A stretch of DNA of 63,993 nucleotides, the filler included, from Octopus bimaculoides (Eukaryota), in the NCBI RefSeq assembly GCF_001194135.2. It is 5 parts of 5 records of this genome, joined end to end, with 100 filler letters (N's around TTAATTAATTAA, not from the genome) between each part and the next. Parts side by side here need not be neighbours in the genome. Positions count along the whole stretch, not along the records: positions 1 to 16,377 come from NC_069010.1; positions 16,478 to 33,071 come from NC_069009.1; 3 more parts are not named here. One strand, given 5' to 3'. The notes under the pieces were generated by a model that saw only the letters and a list, made by a program, of their open reading frames with translations, did not search any database and was not told where the DNA came from. Within the stretch, counting starts at the first letter, position 1; each line of letters opens with the position of its first letter. Both the position numbers and the translations under genes were made by a program. This document shows positions 14,281 to 27,510 of the stretch, piece after piece.

Positions 14281-14505
14281 CTGTGGGTGAACTTGGTGTT
14301 GGTTAATAACGAATAACTTCCGGTGCTTGTGGCTGGATGGGAAGTACTTCAGGAACTACTTCCATTCAAACATACACAATAGCAGGTGCATACATACATG
14401 TACTATTATTAACTAAAGTGTGTGTGTGTTTGTGTTTTCTATGATGGTGGGTATGCCTGTGTAACCAGAGCCAAACTATAGAAAATAGATGTTTATATGC
14501 ACATG

Positions 14506-14552
<47 letters not shown>

Positions 14553-16377
14553 AATAATATATAAATATATGCATATATCCATACATATATGTACATACCT
14601 ACATATATATGTATATACACATGCATATNNNNNNNNNNNNNNNNNNNNNNNNNNNNNNNNNNNNNNNNNNNNNNNNNNNNNNNNNNNNNNNNNNNNNNNN
14701 NNNNNNNNNNNNNNNNNNNNNNNNNNNNNNNNNNNNNNNNNNNNNNNNNNNNNNNNNNNNNNNNNNNNNNNNNNNNNNNNNNNNNNNNNNNNNNNNNNNN
14801 NNNNNNNNNNNNNNNNNNNNNNNNNNNNNNNNNNNNNNNNNNNNNNNNNNNNNNNNNNNNNNNNNNNNNNNNNNNNNNNNNNNNNNNNNNNNNNNNNNNN
14901 NNNNNNNNNNNNNNNNNNNNNNNNNNNNNNNNNNNNNNNNNNNNNNNNNNNNNNNNNNNNNNNNNNNNNNNNNNNNNNNNNNNNNNNNNNNNNNNNNNNN
15001 NNNNNNNNNNNNNNNNNNNNNNNNNNNNNNNNNNNNNNNNNNNNNNNNNNNNNNNNNNNNNNNNNNNNNNNNNNNNNNNNNNNNNNNNNNNNNNNNNNNN
15101 NNNNNNNNNNNNNNNNNNNNNNNNNNNNNNNNNNNNNNNNNNNNNNNNNNNNNNNNNNNNNNNNNNNNNNNNNNNNNNNNNNNNNNNNNNNNNNNNNNNN
15201 NNNNNNNNNNNNNNNNNNNNNNNNNNNNNNNNNNNNNNNNNNNNNNNNNNNNNNNNNNNNNNNNNNNNNNNNNNNNNNNNNNNNNNNNNNNNNNNNNNNN
15301 NNNNNNNNNNNNNNNNNNNNNNNNNNNNNNNNNNNNNNNNNNNNNNNNNNNNNNNNNNNNNNNNNNNNNNNNNNNNNNNNNNNNNNNNNNNNNNNNNNNN
15401 NNNNNNNNNNAACTATCCACTACAAATTCCTCTGCAAATTAAGATATATAAATCTCGCTTTATGAGACGCTCTCAGCTAGCCAGCCATACTTTTCTCTGC
15501 AAAATAGGGGTAGTTTATCCTGTTCAGGCTATATTATTAGCATATATATATATATATATAGTAAAGGTGGCTTCTTCACAAGGCAGAAATATGGACATCA
15601 GTAAAGTGAGTGATGGCACTAATCAGCACCAGTACTGCTAGAAATGGAAGTCAAAACAACTCATAGCCATAGAAAGAATTTATCATTATGAATGACAAGG
15701 GAGGCAAGTTCCCTACATCTGGGACATAACCAGATCACCAGTGATTTCGCATTTGATTAATGCTTGTCAGTGGCCCTTACCCAGCCTAGGGCTAAGCTCA
15801 CTCACTTGCCTTGTCAGTTTATAATATAAGACTGTCGTAGAAATCACACGCTGATTAGTCATAATGATAAGTGCTTTCTGAGACTATGAGTTATTTTGAC
15901 TCTTATTTCTAGCAATACTGGTGCTGACTAGTGCCCCTAGTCACTTTAGTGACATGTGTGTGTGTGTGTGTGTATACATGCATGTATATACATATATATA
16001 TATACATATATAAATGTATGTATGTATATATATATATATATAATTATATATATGTATGTAAATATATGAAACGCCTGTGTTAGAATGGGGGTAGCTGATG
16101 AAGGAAAATGTTCTCTATGTGGCCTGTGTGTTTTCTGTACTCTGGTTATTATTATTTTTTTGTCTACGTTTAGTTTGCAATGTCCTGTACCCAGATATGA
16201 ACCTATATATACAGGTAGACGTAGATATGCACATACCTGTATGTATATATACATATACTCATTTATTATTTGTTTTATATATATATATATATAAAGGGCA
16301 TTACTACAGAATAATGCCACACACTAGACTTCCCAAATAAACACATTTTAGTACCGAATGCGAGGAAAACAACTTTT

Positions 16378-16477
16378 NNNNNNNNNNNNNNNNNNNNNNN
16401 NNNNNNNNNNNNNNNNNNNNNTTAATTAATTAANNNNNNNNNNNNNNNNNNNNNNNNNNNNNNNNNNNNNNNNNNNN
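16378..16477. other. Artificial scaffold spacer (44N-TTAATTAATTAA-44N); same spacer around 33116, 42113 and 62815
   Basis: Identical 12-mer with stops in all six frames, centred in N runs, four times. Confidence 0.95.
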
Positions 16478-17067
16478 GCGCAGAACATTGGCAAATCTTT
16501 TCTTATCTGCTTCCCCTCTGGCTAAATAAACCTGTCGCCTAGCTTCCCTTCTGGCAGATTGGTACAATCCCCTGCTACCACCGTTCTTCCCTGTAAAAAA
16601 ATAGCTGTTATTACTGGAATAACTGTGGGTGTGTTTAACTAATTATTCGAACGAAACTAAAAGAAGATGTATAAAGAATATCATAAGAGTTCTTTAAGAT
16701 TCAAAGAAAGAGAGGAAGGAAGAAAGAAAGAAAGAAAGGAAAAGGGAGAATGAGAGAGGGGCAATAGTGGAGTCGTGGTATTGCTGCGGCTGAATAACAT
16801 GCAATATTTCAAACTTTCAATTGCTTTGTGCACGCAAATAAAAATAAAAAAATAATAATAAACCAAAGCTTGTAAAGGTCAAAGGATTTTTCGAGAGCTG
16901 CAATGTTTTCTTAGACAGACATGCATATCCAATCACGGTATGACATTTTAGCCAAAATATACTGTCGTGACGGATTAGGCATTATCTTTCTCTTTCAATT
17001 TATTAGAATATACGGAGACCTTATACTGTCAACATATTCCAGCTTCACGGTACTATTCAAGAAGAAT

Positions 17068-17600
17068 GGTCCCGGTGCGCGCATCCGCGCTAGCGAGTCA
17101 TGACTAGTCAATCCTACGACTACCTAGCGCGAGTGCGAGTCATGCGCAAAACATGTACGAGGGTTTTTTCTAAACAAAGTAAATAATTTTTTTACACCAA
17201 GTAAATAAATTATACACTACCTGTTTTTGGTAAAGAGTCCATTAAAAAGTCAGTCTTTCAAAATCTACTGTTGTTCAATTGTATCAGTACATGGGGGATA
17301 TTACAAGTAATTATCTTTTGCGTAACCCCTACCAAATTGGTGGACTTGGGCACATCGTAGAAACAGATGAATCTATGATGTGCAAGCGCAAATACAACGT
17401 AGGATGGGATAGAGAGGATAAAAGTAGGTTTTTAGTCTTTGTACCTGACCGTTCTTCCGAAACTCTTCTACCACTTATTAAAAAATTTATCGAACCAGGG
17501 ACGACTATATATTCTGATTGTTGGGGTGTGTCGTACAATGGGATTACTGAAATAGATGTGACCCCAAAATACACCCTGGAAGAATGTAAAATGACGTTTT
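17068..17600 (+). mobile_element. Merlin (IS1595/ISXO2-like) DDE transposase remnant
   Basis: IGGLGHIVETDES..KRKYNVG..DRSSETLLPLIKKFIEPGTTIYSDCW fits Merlin motifs; the WVFGG segment is deleted; GC-rich palindromic end at 17068-17150. Confidence 0.8.
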
Positions 17601-17679
17601 AAGAGTAAGATGGGGAAGATTCAACAAAAAACAAAATTATTTACTTTGTGTTTTATTTGCTTTGTTTAAAAAAATTATC

Positions 17680-18585
17680 TGGTAGATTTGCAAGGTCCCT
17701 CTTCTAATATTCACTTGTCTGTGACAAAAAATACTTCTCCAGTACTGTTCTGACCTCGTCTACGGAATTCATAGTTTTCCCTTCCAAATGATTTTGAAAA
17801 CTGGGGAATAAATGATGACCAGATGGGGCAATGTCCAGCAAATATGGTGGTCGGGGGCATCGTTTCCATTCAAACTGCTCCAGCCTTTGGAATGACATCT
17901 TCATTGTATGTGGCTGAGCATTATCCTAACAGAAGAACACCTTTTGTCTTGAAACCAAAGTTGGTTGCTTTTCTTCTATCACTAACTTAAGCCACTCAAG
18001 CTGCACGCAGTAGATCTCCTTTGTTATCGTTTGGTTAGGGTTTAAAAGTTCAAAGTGGACTAAACCTTTCATATCCCGCCAAAAAGATAACAACACCTTA
18101 TGTGCGTGAAGGCCTTCTTTAGCCTTGGATGCTGGTGTTTCTCCTTTCCTTATCCACTGTCCTTGGCACTTGACATTTTTATAGAGAACCCATTTCTCGT
18201 CACCAGTCACTATTCAGTCCATAAAAGGTTCATTTATGAGATGCGACAGCAAAGAAGAACACACATTCACTCTTTGTGTGCGATTAGACTCGGAAAGTTT
18301 GTGAGGAACCCATTGATCCAATTTGCTGACTTTTCTGTCTGCTGGCACACAGGTACCAATGAATGGTTGAATGACCAAATCGAAGCTTCTCTGCTAGTTG
18401 ATTTTGTTCTCAACAAATACAATGGGATTTTGTTCCACAAGGGTTTGCAGGGCATCCTCGTTGAGCACTACAGATCTTCTAGGATGAGGCTTGTCTTCTA
18501 GGCTGTAGTTTCCTGCTTGAAATTTCTGGAATCGCCATTGACACTGGCTTATGCTTATTGTTTGATCCCCATGAATGAATTCCAA
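17680..18585 (-). mobile_element. Mariner (DD34D) transposase pseudogene
   Basis: TGDEKWVLY, KVLLSFWRD, RPPYLLDIAPSGHHLF and KRDLANLPD; several stops and frameshifts. Confidence 0.9.
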
Positions 18586-18589
18586 TATT

Positions 18590-18885
18590 TTAAATCCAGG
18601 TTTGTCCCTGTTAACAGGGGTGGCTGGATCTACTTCACTCTTACTGCACCTGCTATCACACCATCTCACCAGGTTTTACGCATCTTCCCTCCTCAAGTCA
18701 ACCCTCCCAATCTCCTCCTTCACCTGTCCCCTCCACGTTTTCTTTGGTCAGCCTTGCTTTCACAGTTCATTCATTTTAAACTCAAACACTCTCCCCAGAA
18801 CATGATCCTCATCCCTTCTCAACACATGCCCATACCAGAGCACTGCATTCGCCCTTGCCAGCTGTTCCATTGGTATGGAGTATCA
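18590..18885 (-). mobile_element. RTE LINE 3' fragment inserted into the mariner
   Basis: EQLARANAVLWYGHVLRRDEDHVL..PKKTWRGQVKEE; TSD-like AATATTTTAAATCC / AAAATTTTAATCC. Confidence 0.75.
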
Positions 18886-19624
18886 AAATTTTAATCCCTT
18901 TCATACTTCTAAAATGCCAAACAAACTTTAAAATTTGTCACAACTGCTTTAACCGGGAGACGAAACTGATAGTTTGGCAACCCGCTAAAATAAACATTAA
19001 AAATTGAAAAGAGAAAATAAACAGCTTTGCAAGTTTAACTCAGTGTTTGTTGAACATGAGAGGTGGGAAATTTAAGAAGTGACTTGTTAGGATATACACG
19101 TCTGTGAGGAGACATGAACAAGAATAGCAAAAATCTACTATACCAAAAGAACTGGTCATACATACATTACAAGTGTTCTATGAAGAGAACATAAGATTGC
19201 TGCATAATTCAACATGAATGTGAAATGACTTTAAACATCGTATAAGGTAAATGAAGGTTTCTGTAGGAATGCTAAGTGATATTCATTTAGTGAGTTTACA
19301 TGCCACAAAACCATATCTGTTCATGGGGAAATATCTTACTTTGAAACAGGTGAATGTTGGCAACAGGAAAGGCATCTGGACAGCGAAAATTCACGTCAAT
19401 AAATATCATCTAACCAATGAGAGAATGGCAAATGTGGACATGGAGAACAATGATGACAGATGACTGGTATGGTTTGTCTCTCATACGAATGTCTAAGGAA
19501 GTAGTTAAGCTGCTTCTATAAGCAAATGAATTGCCACATGTTACAATGATATGGCTTTTCTCCTGTGTGAAAACGTCAGAGACTAGATAAAGTGCTGTTT
19601 TTGGGAAATGATTTACCACAGGTA

Positions 19625-20650
19625 TTACAGTGATATGACTTCTCTTGTATGAATGCGTCTGTGTCTAGTCAGGTGACTATTTTGAGAAAATGATTTACCA
19701 CAGATATCACAATGATATGGCTTCTCTCCTGTATGAATACGTTTGTGAGCAGTTACATGATTACTTCCAGAGAAGGATTTACCACAAATATCACACTGAT
19801 ATGGCTTCTCTTCAGTATGAACACGCTTGTGCTTAGTTAAGTTACCAGTTTCAGAGAATGATTTACCACAGATATCACACTGATATGGCTTGTCTCCTGT
19901 ATGAATGCGTTTGTGGTTAGTCAAGTTACTATTTTGAGAAAATGATTTACCACAGATATCGCAATGATATGGCTTCTCTCCTGTATGAATACGTTTGTGA
20001 ATAGTTACATGACTATTTCCAGAGAATGATTCACCACAAATATCACAGCAATATGGCTTTTTTCCTGTATGAACATGCTTGTGCCTAGTTAAGTAACCAT
20101 TTCCAGAGAAGGATTTACCACAGATATCACAAAGATATGGCTTCTCTCCTGTATGAATATGTTTGTGAAGAGTCAAGTTACTATTTTGAGAAAATGATTT
20201 ACCACAGATATCGCAAGGATAAGGCTTTTCTCCCGTGTGAATACGTATGTGTGTAGTTAAGTAACTATTCTTAATGAATGATTTACCACAGATATCACAA
20301 CGATATGGTTTTTCTCCTGTATGAATGCGTTTGTGAGAAGTTAAATGATGAGTATCAGAAAATGATTTACCACAGACATCACAGTGTAAATATTTTCCTT
20401 TTAGGTGAATCTGTCTGTGTCTTGTTAAGGCCGTACGATCTGACAATGGTTTATCACAGATATCACAGCAATATGGCTTCTCTCCTGTATGAATACCTTG
20501 GTGAATGACTAAGTCAGCTTTCTGAGAGAATAATTTACCACAGGTATCACAATCATATGATATTTTGCTCTTTTCATTCTTTTCCTCATCAGGAAAATCA
20601 ATTTCTTCAGACTCTTTTTTTATATTCATCTTTACTCCAATATAATTCAT
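19625..20650 (-). CDS. C2H2 zinc-finger protein A, 11 fingers, no effector domain
   Basis: 341-aa ORF with 11 CxxC-x12-HxxxH units and TGEKPY linkers; the paralog-homologous ATG (20657) is out of frame. Confidence 0.9.
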   Translation of the reverse strand: MNYIGVKMNIKKESEEIDFPDEEKNEKSKISYDCDTCGKLFSQKADLVIHQGIHTGEKPYCCDICDKPLSDRTALTRHRQIHLKGKYLHCDVCGKSFSDTHHLTSHKRIHTGEKPYRCDICGKSFIKNSYLTTHIRIHTGEKPYPCDICGKSFSQNSNLTLHKHIHTGEKPYLCDICGKSFSGNGYLTRHKHVHTGKKPYCCDICGESFSGNSHVTIHKRIHTGEKPYHCDICGKSFSQNSNLTNHKRIHTGDKPYQCDICGKSFSETGNLTKHKRVHTEEKPYQCDICGKSFSGSNHVTAHKRIHTGEKPYHCDICGKSFSQNSHLTRHRRIHTREVISL

Positions 20651-21769
20651 TTTCCATAATCTGCCTTTCTCTCGTCACAGTACACAAATGTTTTCCTTCC
20701 TTTTGTATATTGCTCTTAACAAATATTTCTACTGATCTATACGTGTTATGTATAACATCTTTTGCTCAGTCTTTAAAAGACATTCAATACGAATGACATT
20801 GTTTATATAAAAATTCTGTGATGCAGAGGTCATCTGATAATCTGAAACGAAAGAGAAACAACAGTGTCAAACATACAAGATTATTAGAGATTAGAGAGAT
20901 TAAAAGAGTGAAAGTTTTACTACATTTTTATACAGACATGACCAGGCATGGTTGTGTGCTAAGAATTTTGCTTACCAACCATATGGTTCTGGGTTCAGTC
21001 TCAGAGTGGCAAACGAAAGCCTTGGGCAAGAATTTCATAGATGGAAACTAAAAGTTTCAAATATACCAACTACCAAAATGTATTCAAATTGAAATAAGCA
21101 AAACAGAAATTAAAATATGAGTTACTTTTGACAAGTCACCTGATGAAACACATCTGCGACGAGGGAAGCACCACAACTGTTTGTGTACATATTTTTTGTT
21201 ATGCCTGAAACTCATATGGATGTAAATGTGCCAACACCATTTGTTAAGTGAGAATGGGGGGTACGGGAAGAAACACTAACACAAAGACATACACTTGTGT
21301 TTATATAGGAGCTTCTCTCAGTTTCTGTCTATCAAATCTACTCAAGGTGCCATGCTGCGAGACTGAACTCATAAACATGTTACTGGAAAGCAAGCTTCTT
21401 GCCAGAAAGCCACACCTGCGCCTTTTGTTAATGGTTTATAAATTTTTTCATGTGTGACCTGTTTATACTATTAACCGTTTATTATGAAAATGGGGCCCTT
21501 TTTGTTTTTTCACTAATGATATAGAGGTGTGGCAGGGAAACGAAAAATATAAGATGTTCAAATATAATAAACACACACTTTTTCTTCCTTCATTGCACTA
21601 CTTTCTTGGACTCCCATGATTCCCTGTCACCATCCAATTCTATTAGCATAAATTTGAAATGAGAGCTCGAGTCATAGTGAATCTTTCATTAGCTGATTAC
21701 ACAACCATGGATGCGTTGCAGTTACCCTCTTCATAGAACCCGGTGTTTCCGACCATTGAACTTCCCAGC

Positions 21770-22373
21770 ATCAATGTAAGAAGCATTGTTGGTTCAGTCG
21801 AGCTCTTCTGCTGCTTAACAAACTGCCATGCTGCAGTCCGAAAGACCGTCGTAGAGTACCCCAAGCTAAAAAAATGGTAAGAAATCACAACTGTTCAATT
21901 ATATTTTATTTGGAAAAGGTAAAGTGGACCTCGGCGGAATTTGAACTCAGAAATCAATAATAATAATAATGGTAAATTACGTGAGTGCAATGTTAAACAA
22001 ATGCCCCACCATCCATACATGTGACGTGTGTCAGTTATGTATGGGTGTGAACCCATCAAATGTATTTCATCATATTAAATTCTGATGTAATCGTAATATA
22101 CACACTCTGGACGGTATTTCTGTAAGTTACTTAATTTTCCTCATTTCAGCAGGTTTAGAATAGTATTTACGATGGGTAAAATGTAACAAATCTTGAATAT
22201 TCTAAGATTTCCGATCATAAGAAATTTGTACAAAGAGAAAACGAACTTCAATATAAAAATAAGATCGAATTATTACTTTACTCACAATTTAATCTCAATC
22301 GTGATCTTATAAAAGAATCCTTTCCCCTGCAGTTTTGATTACAAAAGTAGGAATTTATCTAGAAAAGTCGCTA
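21770..22373. repeat. Inverted segmental duplication arm (partner 29684-30275)
   Basis: The reverse complement aligns along the whole block, with only ~5 differences over ~370 bp in the core. Confidence 0.95.
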
Positions 22374-23360
22374 NNNNNNNNNNNNNNNNNNNNNNNNNNN
22401 NNNNNNNNNNNNNNNNNNNNNNNNNNNNNNNNNNNNNNNNNNNNNNNNNNNNNNNNNNNNNNNNNNNNNNNNNNNNNNNNNNNNNNNNNNNNNNNNNNNN
22501 NNNNNNNNNNNNNNNNNNNNNNNNNNNNNNNNNNNNNNNNNNNNNNNNNNNNNNNNNNNNNNNNNNNNNNNNNNNNNNNNNNNNNNNNNNNNNNNNNNNN
22601 NNNNNNNNNNNNNNNNNNNNNNNNNNNNNNNNNNNNNNNNNNNNNNNNNNNNNNNNNNNNNNNNNNNNNNNNNNNNNNNNNNNNNNNNNNNNNNNNNNNN
22701 NNNNNNNNNNNNNNNNNNNNNNNNNNNNNNNNNNNNNNNNNNNNNNNNNNNNNNNNNNNNNNNNNNNNNNNNNNNNNNNNNNNNNNNNNNNNNNNNNNNN
22801 NNNNNNNNNNNNNNNNNNNNNNNNNNNNNNNNNNNNNNNNNNNNNNNNNNNNNNNNNNNNNNNNNNNNNNNNNNNNNNNNNNNNNNNNNNNNNNNNNNNN
22901 NNNNNNNNNNNNNNNNNNNNNNNNNNNNNNNNNNNNNNNNNNNNNNNNNNNNNNNNNNNNNNNNNNNNNNNNNNNNNNNNNNNNNNNNNNNNNNNNNNNN
23001 NNNNNNNNNNNNNNNNNNNNNNNNNNNNNNNNNNNNNNNNNNNNNNNNNNNNNNNNNNNNNNNNNNNNNNNNNNNNNNNNNNNNNNNNNNNNNNNNNNNN
23101 NNNNNNNNNNNNNNNNNNNNNNNNNNNNNNNNNNNNNNNNNNNNNNNNNNNNNNNNNNNNNNNNNNNNNNNNNNNNNNNNNNNNNNNNNNNNNNNNNNNN
23201 NNNNNNNNNNNNNNNNNNNNNNNNNNNNNNNNNNNNNNNNNNNNNNNNNNNNNNNNNNNNNNNNNNNNNNNNNNNNNNNNNNNNNNNNNNNNNNNNNNNN
23301 NNNNNNNNNNNNNNNNNNNNNNNNNNNNNNNNNNNNNNNNNNNNNNNNNNNNNNNNNNNN

Positions 23361-23790
23361 GATTTTACTTGGCTTGCCGGGTCTTCTCACGCACAGCACA
23401 TTTCCAAAGGTCTCGGTCAGTAGTCATCGCCTCGGTGAGGCCCGATGTACGAAGGTCTTGCCTCACCACCTCAGCCCAGGTCTTCCTGGGCCTACCTCTT
23501 CCACGGGTTCCCTCAACTGTTAGGGTGTGGCACTTTTTCACGCAGCTATCCTCATCCATTCTCACCACATGTCCATACCAGCGCAATCGTCTCTCTTGCA
23601 CACCACAACTGATGCTTCTAATGTTCAGCTTTTCTCTCAAGATACTTACACTCTGACGGGTGTTCACATTGACATTACACATCCAACGGAGCATACTGGC
23701 TTCCTTTCTTTGCGAGCTTACGTATGTCCTCAGCAGTTACAGCCCATGTTTCACTGCCATGTAGCATGGCTGTCACCATGCACAAAATGC
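23361..23790 (-). mobile_element. RTE LINE ORF2 C-terminal fragment
   Basis: RRLRWYGHVVRM..RGRGRPRKTW..DRDLWK. Confidence 0.9.
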
Positions 23791-24259
23791 GACCTTCTCT
23801 GATTCAGTAAACCAGTGCCATTTTTCTAAAATTACATCAAATTATACACACAACTGGATAAACATTAATAGTAATTTTTATTCATTCAGAAAATATCTTA
23901 AATGGAATATATATGAATATTATGAAAAAAACAGCTTTTATTAAAAATATCAGAATGGTAGATATTGATGAGAAGATATAAAAAATATAGGGTTAGCAAC
24001 TTGTTAGAACATGCTGTTATATATTCTTTATTGTGTAGATACATTTATTGTTGTATAAGACATTCCTTTCAACAAATGACTTTTGATATTGATACAGTCA
24101 CTCGAGAAATATATATGTAGTTAATTGACTTTTTTGAGAGGATATACCACAGAATCAGTTAAATTGGTTTCTCTTCCATATGAATGTGTCTGTGTTTATC
24201 TAAGCGATTCATTTGAGAGAATGATTCACCACAGATATCCCAATGACATGGTTTCTCTC

Positions 24260-26491
24260 CTAATGAATGAGTCTGTGAGTAGTCAAGTGATCTATTTCAG
24301 AGAATGATTCACCACAGACATCACAACGATGTGATTTCACTCCTGAATGAACACATTTGTGTCTACTTAAATGTCCCTTTTGAGTGAATGATTTATTGCA
24401 GATATCACAGTGATATGGCTTTTCACCTGTATGAATAAGTTTGTGTGAAGCTAAGTTACCACTTCGAGAGAATGATTTCCCACAGATATCACAGTGGTGA
24501 GGTTTCTCACCTGTATGGATAAATTTGTGAGTGGATAAGTCCCCACTTCGAGAGAATGATTTAGTACAGATATCACAGCGATATGGTTTCTCTCCTGTAT
24601 GAGTACGTTTATGTACAGTTACAGCACTTCTGTGAGTGAATGATTTACCACAGATATCACAATGATGTGGCTTCTCTCCTGTATGAGTAAGTTTGTGTTT
24701 AGTTAAATGCTCCTTTTGGGAAAATGATTTTCCACAAGTATCACAGCAATATGNNNNNNNNNNNNNNNNNNNNNNNNNNNNNNNNNNNNNNNNNNNNNNN
24801 NNNNNNNNNNNNNNNNNNNNNNNNNNNNNNNNNNNNNNNNNNNNNNNNNNNNNNNNNNNNNNNNNNNNNNNNNNNNNNNNNNNNNNNNNNNNNNNNNNNN
24901 NNNNNNNNNNNNNNNNNNNNNNNNNNNNNNNNNNNNNNNNNNNNNNNNNNNNNNNNNNNNNNNNNNNNNNNNNNNNNNNNNNNNNNNNNNNNNNNNNNNN
25001 NNNNNNNNNNNNNNNCACAGTGGTGTGGTTTCTCACCTGTATGAGTACGTTTGTGAAGAGTTAAATTAGTTTTGCAAGAGAAAGATTTATCACAGATATC
25101 ACAGTGGTGTGGTTTCTCACCTGTATGAGTACGTTTGTGAAGAGTTAAATTACTTTTGCAAGAGAAAGATTTATCACAGTTGTCACACTGATATGGTTTC
25201 TCACCTGTATGAATACGTTTATGGGTAGCTAAATTAGTTCTGTAAGAAAATGATTTAACGCATATATCACAGTGATATGGTTTCTCTCCTGTATGAATAC
25301 GTTTGTGTGTAGCTAACCTAACTTTCACGGAGAATGATTTATCACAGATATCACAATGATAGGATTTCTTGCCTGTATGAATAAGTTTGTGTGTAGCTAA
25401 TTCATAGCCTTGAGAGAATGATTTACCACAGATATCACAGTGATATGGTTTCTCTCCTGTATGGGCACGTTTGTGTACAGTTAAAGAACTTCTGTGAGTG
25501 AATGATTTACCACAAATATCACAATGATATGGCTTCTCTCCTGTATGAGTAAGTCTGTGTGCAGCTAAGTTATTTTTCACAGAGAATGATTTATCACAGT
25601 TGTCACACTTATATGGTTTCTCACCTGTATGAATACGTTTATGGGCAACTAAATTACTTTTAAAAGAGAATGATTTACTGCACATATCACAGTGATACGG
25701 CTTCTCACCTGTATGAATGCGTTTGTGAAGAGTAACTTTACTACTTTGAGAGAATGGTTTACCACAGATATCACAGTGATATAGTTTCAATCCTGAATGA
25801 ACCTGTTTGTGTACAGTGAGGCTGCTTTTGTGTGTAAATGATTTACCACAGACATCGCAGTGATATAGTTGCTCTCCAGTATGGATGTGCTTGTGAGCAG
25901 TTAAGTGGTGACTACGACTGAATGATTTACCACAGATATCACAGTGATATGGTCTCTCTCCTGTATGAATACGTTTATGTACACTTAAGAGATCATTACG
26001 AGAGAATGATTTACCACAAATATCACAATGGTATTTCCTCTCACCTGTATGAGTAGGTTTGTGGTTAGATAATGTGTTTCTGTGAGTAAATGATTTACCA
26101 CAGATATCACAATGATATGGTTTCTCTCCTGTATGAAGGCGCTTGTGTACCGATAAACAGGAATGTTGAGAGAAAGATTTACCACAGACATCACAGTGAT
26201 ATGGCTTCTCACCTGTATGGATATGCATGTGAATAGCCAAAATAGATTTTTTAGAGAATGATTTACCACAGATATTACAGTGGTATGGCTTCTCTCCAGT
26301 ATGAACACGTTTGTGTTCAGTTAAGGTATTTCTGTGAGCAAATGATTTCCCACAGGTATCACAATGATATGGTGTCTCACCTGTATGAATGCGTTTATGA
26401 GCAGTCAAGGTATTCTTTCTAGAAAATGATTCACCACATATGTCGCAATGGTACGGTTTCTCTCCTATATGAATATTTTTATGAACGTTTA
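24260..26491 (-). CDS. C2H2 zinc-finger protein B, partial (at least 23 fingers; two gaps)
   Basis: 17 complete fingers in 25016-26491 plus 6 in 24260-24753; stop at 24260; the start lies in the gap 26492-27220. Confidence 0.85.
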
Positions 26492-27479
26492 NNNNNNNNN
26501 NNNNNNNNNNNNNNNNNNNNNNNNNNNNNNNNNNNNNNNNNNNNNNNNNNNNNNNNNNNNNNNNNNNNNNNNNNNNNNNNNNNNNNNNNNNNNNNNNNNN
26601 NNNNNNNNNNNNNNNNNNNNNNNNNNNNNNNNNNNNNNNNNNNNNNNNNNNNNNNNNNNNNNNNNNNNNNNNNNNNNNNNNNNNNNNNNNNNNNNNNNNN
26701 NNNNNNNNNNNNNNNNNNNNNNNNNNNNNNNNNNNNNNNNNNNNNNNNNNNNNNNNNNNNNNNNNNNNNNNNNNNNNNNNNNNNNNNNNNNNNNNNNNNN
26801 NNNNNNNNNNNNNNNNNNNNNNNNNNNNNNNNNNNNNNNNNNNNNNNNNNNNNNNNNNNNNNNNNNNNNNNNNNNNNNNNNNNNNNNNNNNNNNNNNNNN
26901 NNNNNNNNNNNNNNNNNNNNNNNNNNNNNNNNNNNNNNNNNNNNNNNNNNNNNNNNNNNNNNNNNNNNNNNNNNNNNNNNNNNNNNNNNNNNNNNNNNNN
27001 NNNNNNNNNNNNNNNNNNNNNNNNNNNNNNNNNNNNNNNNNNNNNNNNNNNNNNNNNNNNNNNNNNNNNNNNNNNNNNNNNNNNNNNNNNNNNNNNNNNN
27101 NNNNNNNNNNNNNNNNNNNNNNNNNNNNNNNNNNNNNNNNNNNNNNNNNNNNNNNNNNNNNNNNNNNNNNNNNNNNNNNNNNNNNNNNNNNNNNNNNNNN
27201 NNNNNNNNNNNNNNNNNNNTCTTTAAGATGTTGCAAACGTCTTTACAAATTTATCCAAGTTTATTCAGAATTCAAATTTAAGTTGTACCCATTTCAGAGT
27301 GAATCCAAGAAATTTCACCAATAATGTACCTCAGAGGAAATATTTTACTGTAATCCACAATTAATTTACATAAACAGGGTTGTTACATCCAGTTCTGCAT
27401 AACACTGTCTTCAAAATATAATGATTATTGATGACGCTTCTGATGTAAAATTCCTCTGATGCCAATGTCCTCTGATATT

Positions 27480-27510
27480 CTGAAATGATAGAGAAACAAC
27501 AGTTTAAGAT
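27480..27510 (-). promoter_or_regulatory. Conserved 3' splice site of the ZNF 5' UTR exon; homologues at 20842 (-) and 30451 (+)
   Basis: CTGTTGTTTCTCT(A/T)TC(A/G)TTTCAG|A(A/T)TATCAGA precedes all three ZNF ORFs. Confidence 0.7.

Noticed and set aside
17156-17684. Mariner-like TIR pair enclosing the Merlin fragment
   Set aside because: The right-hand TACCAG is the neighbouring mariner's LPD coding sequence; the rest of the match is AT-rich.
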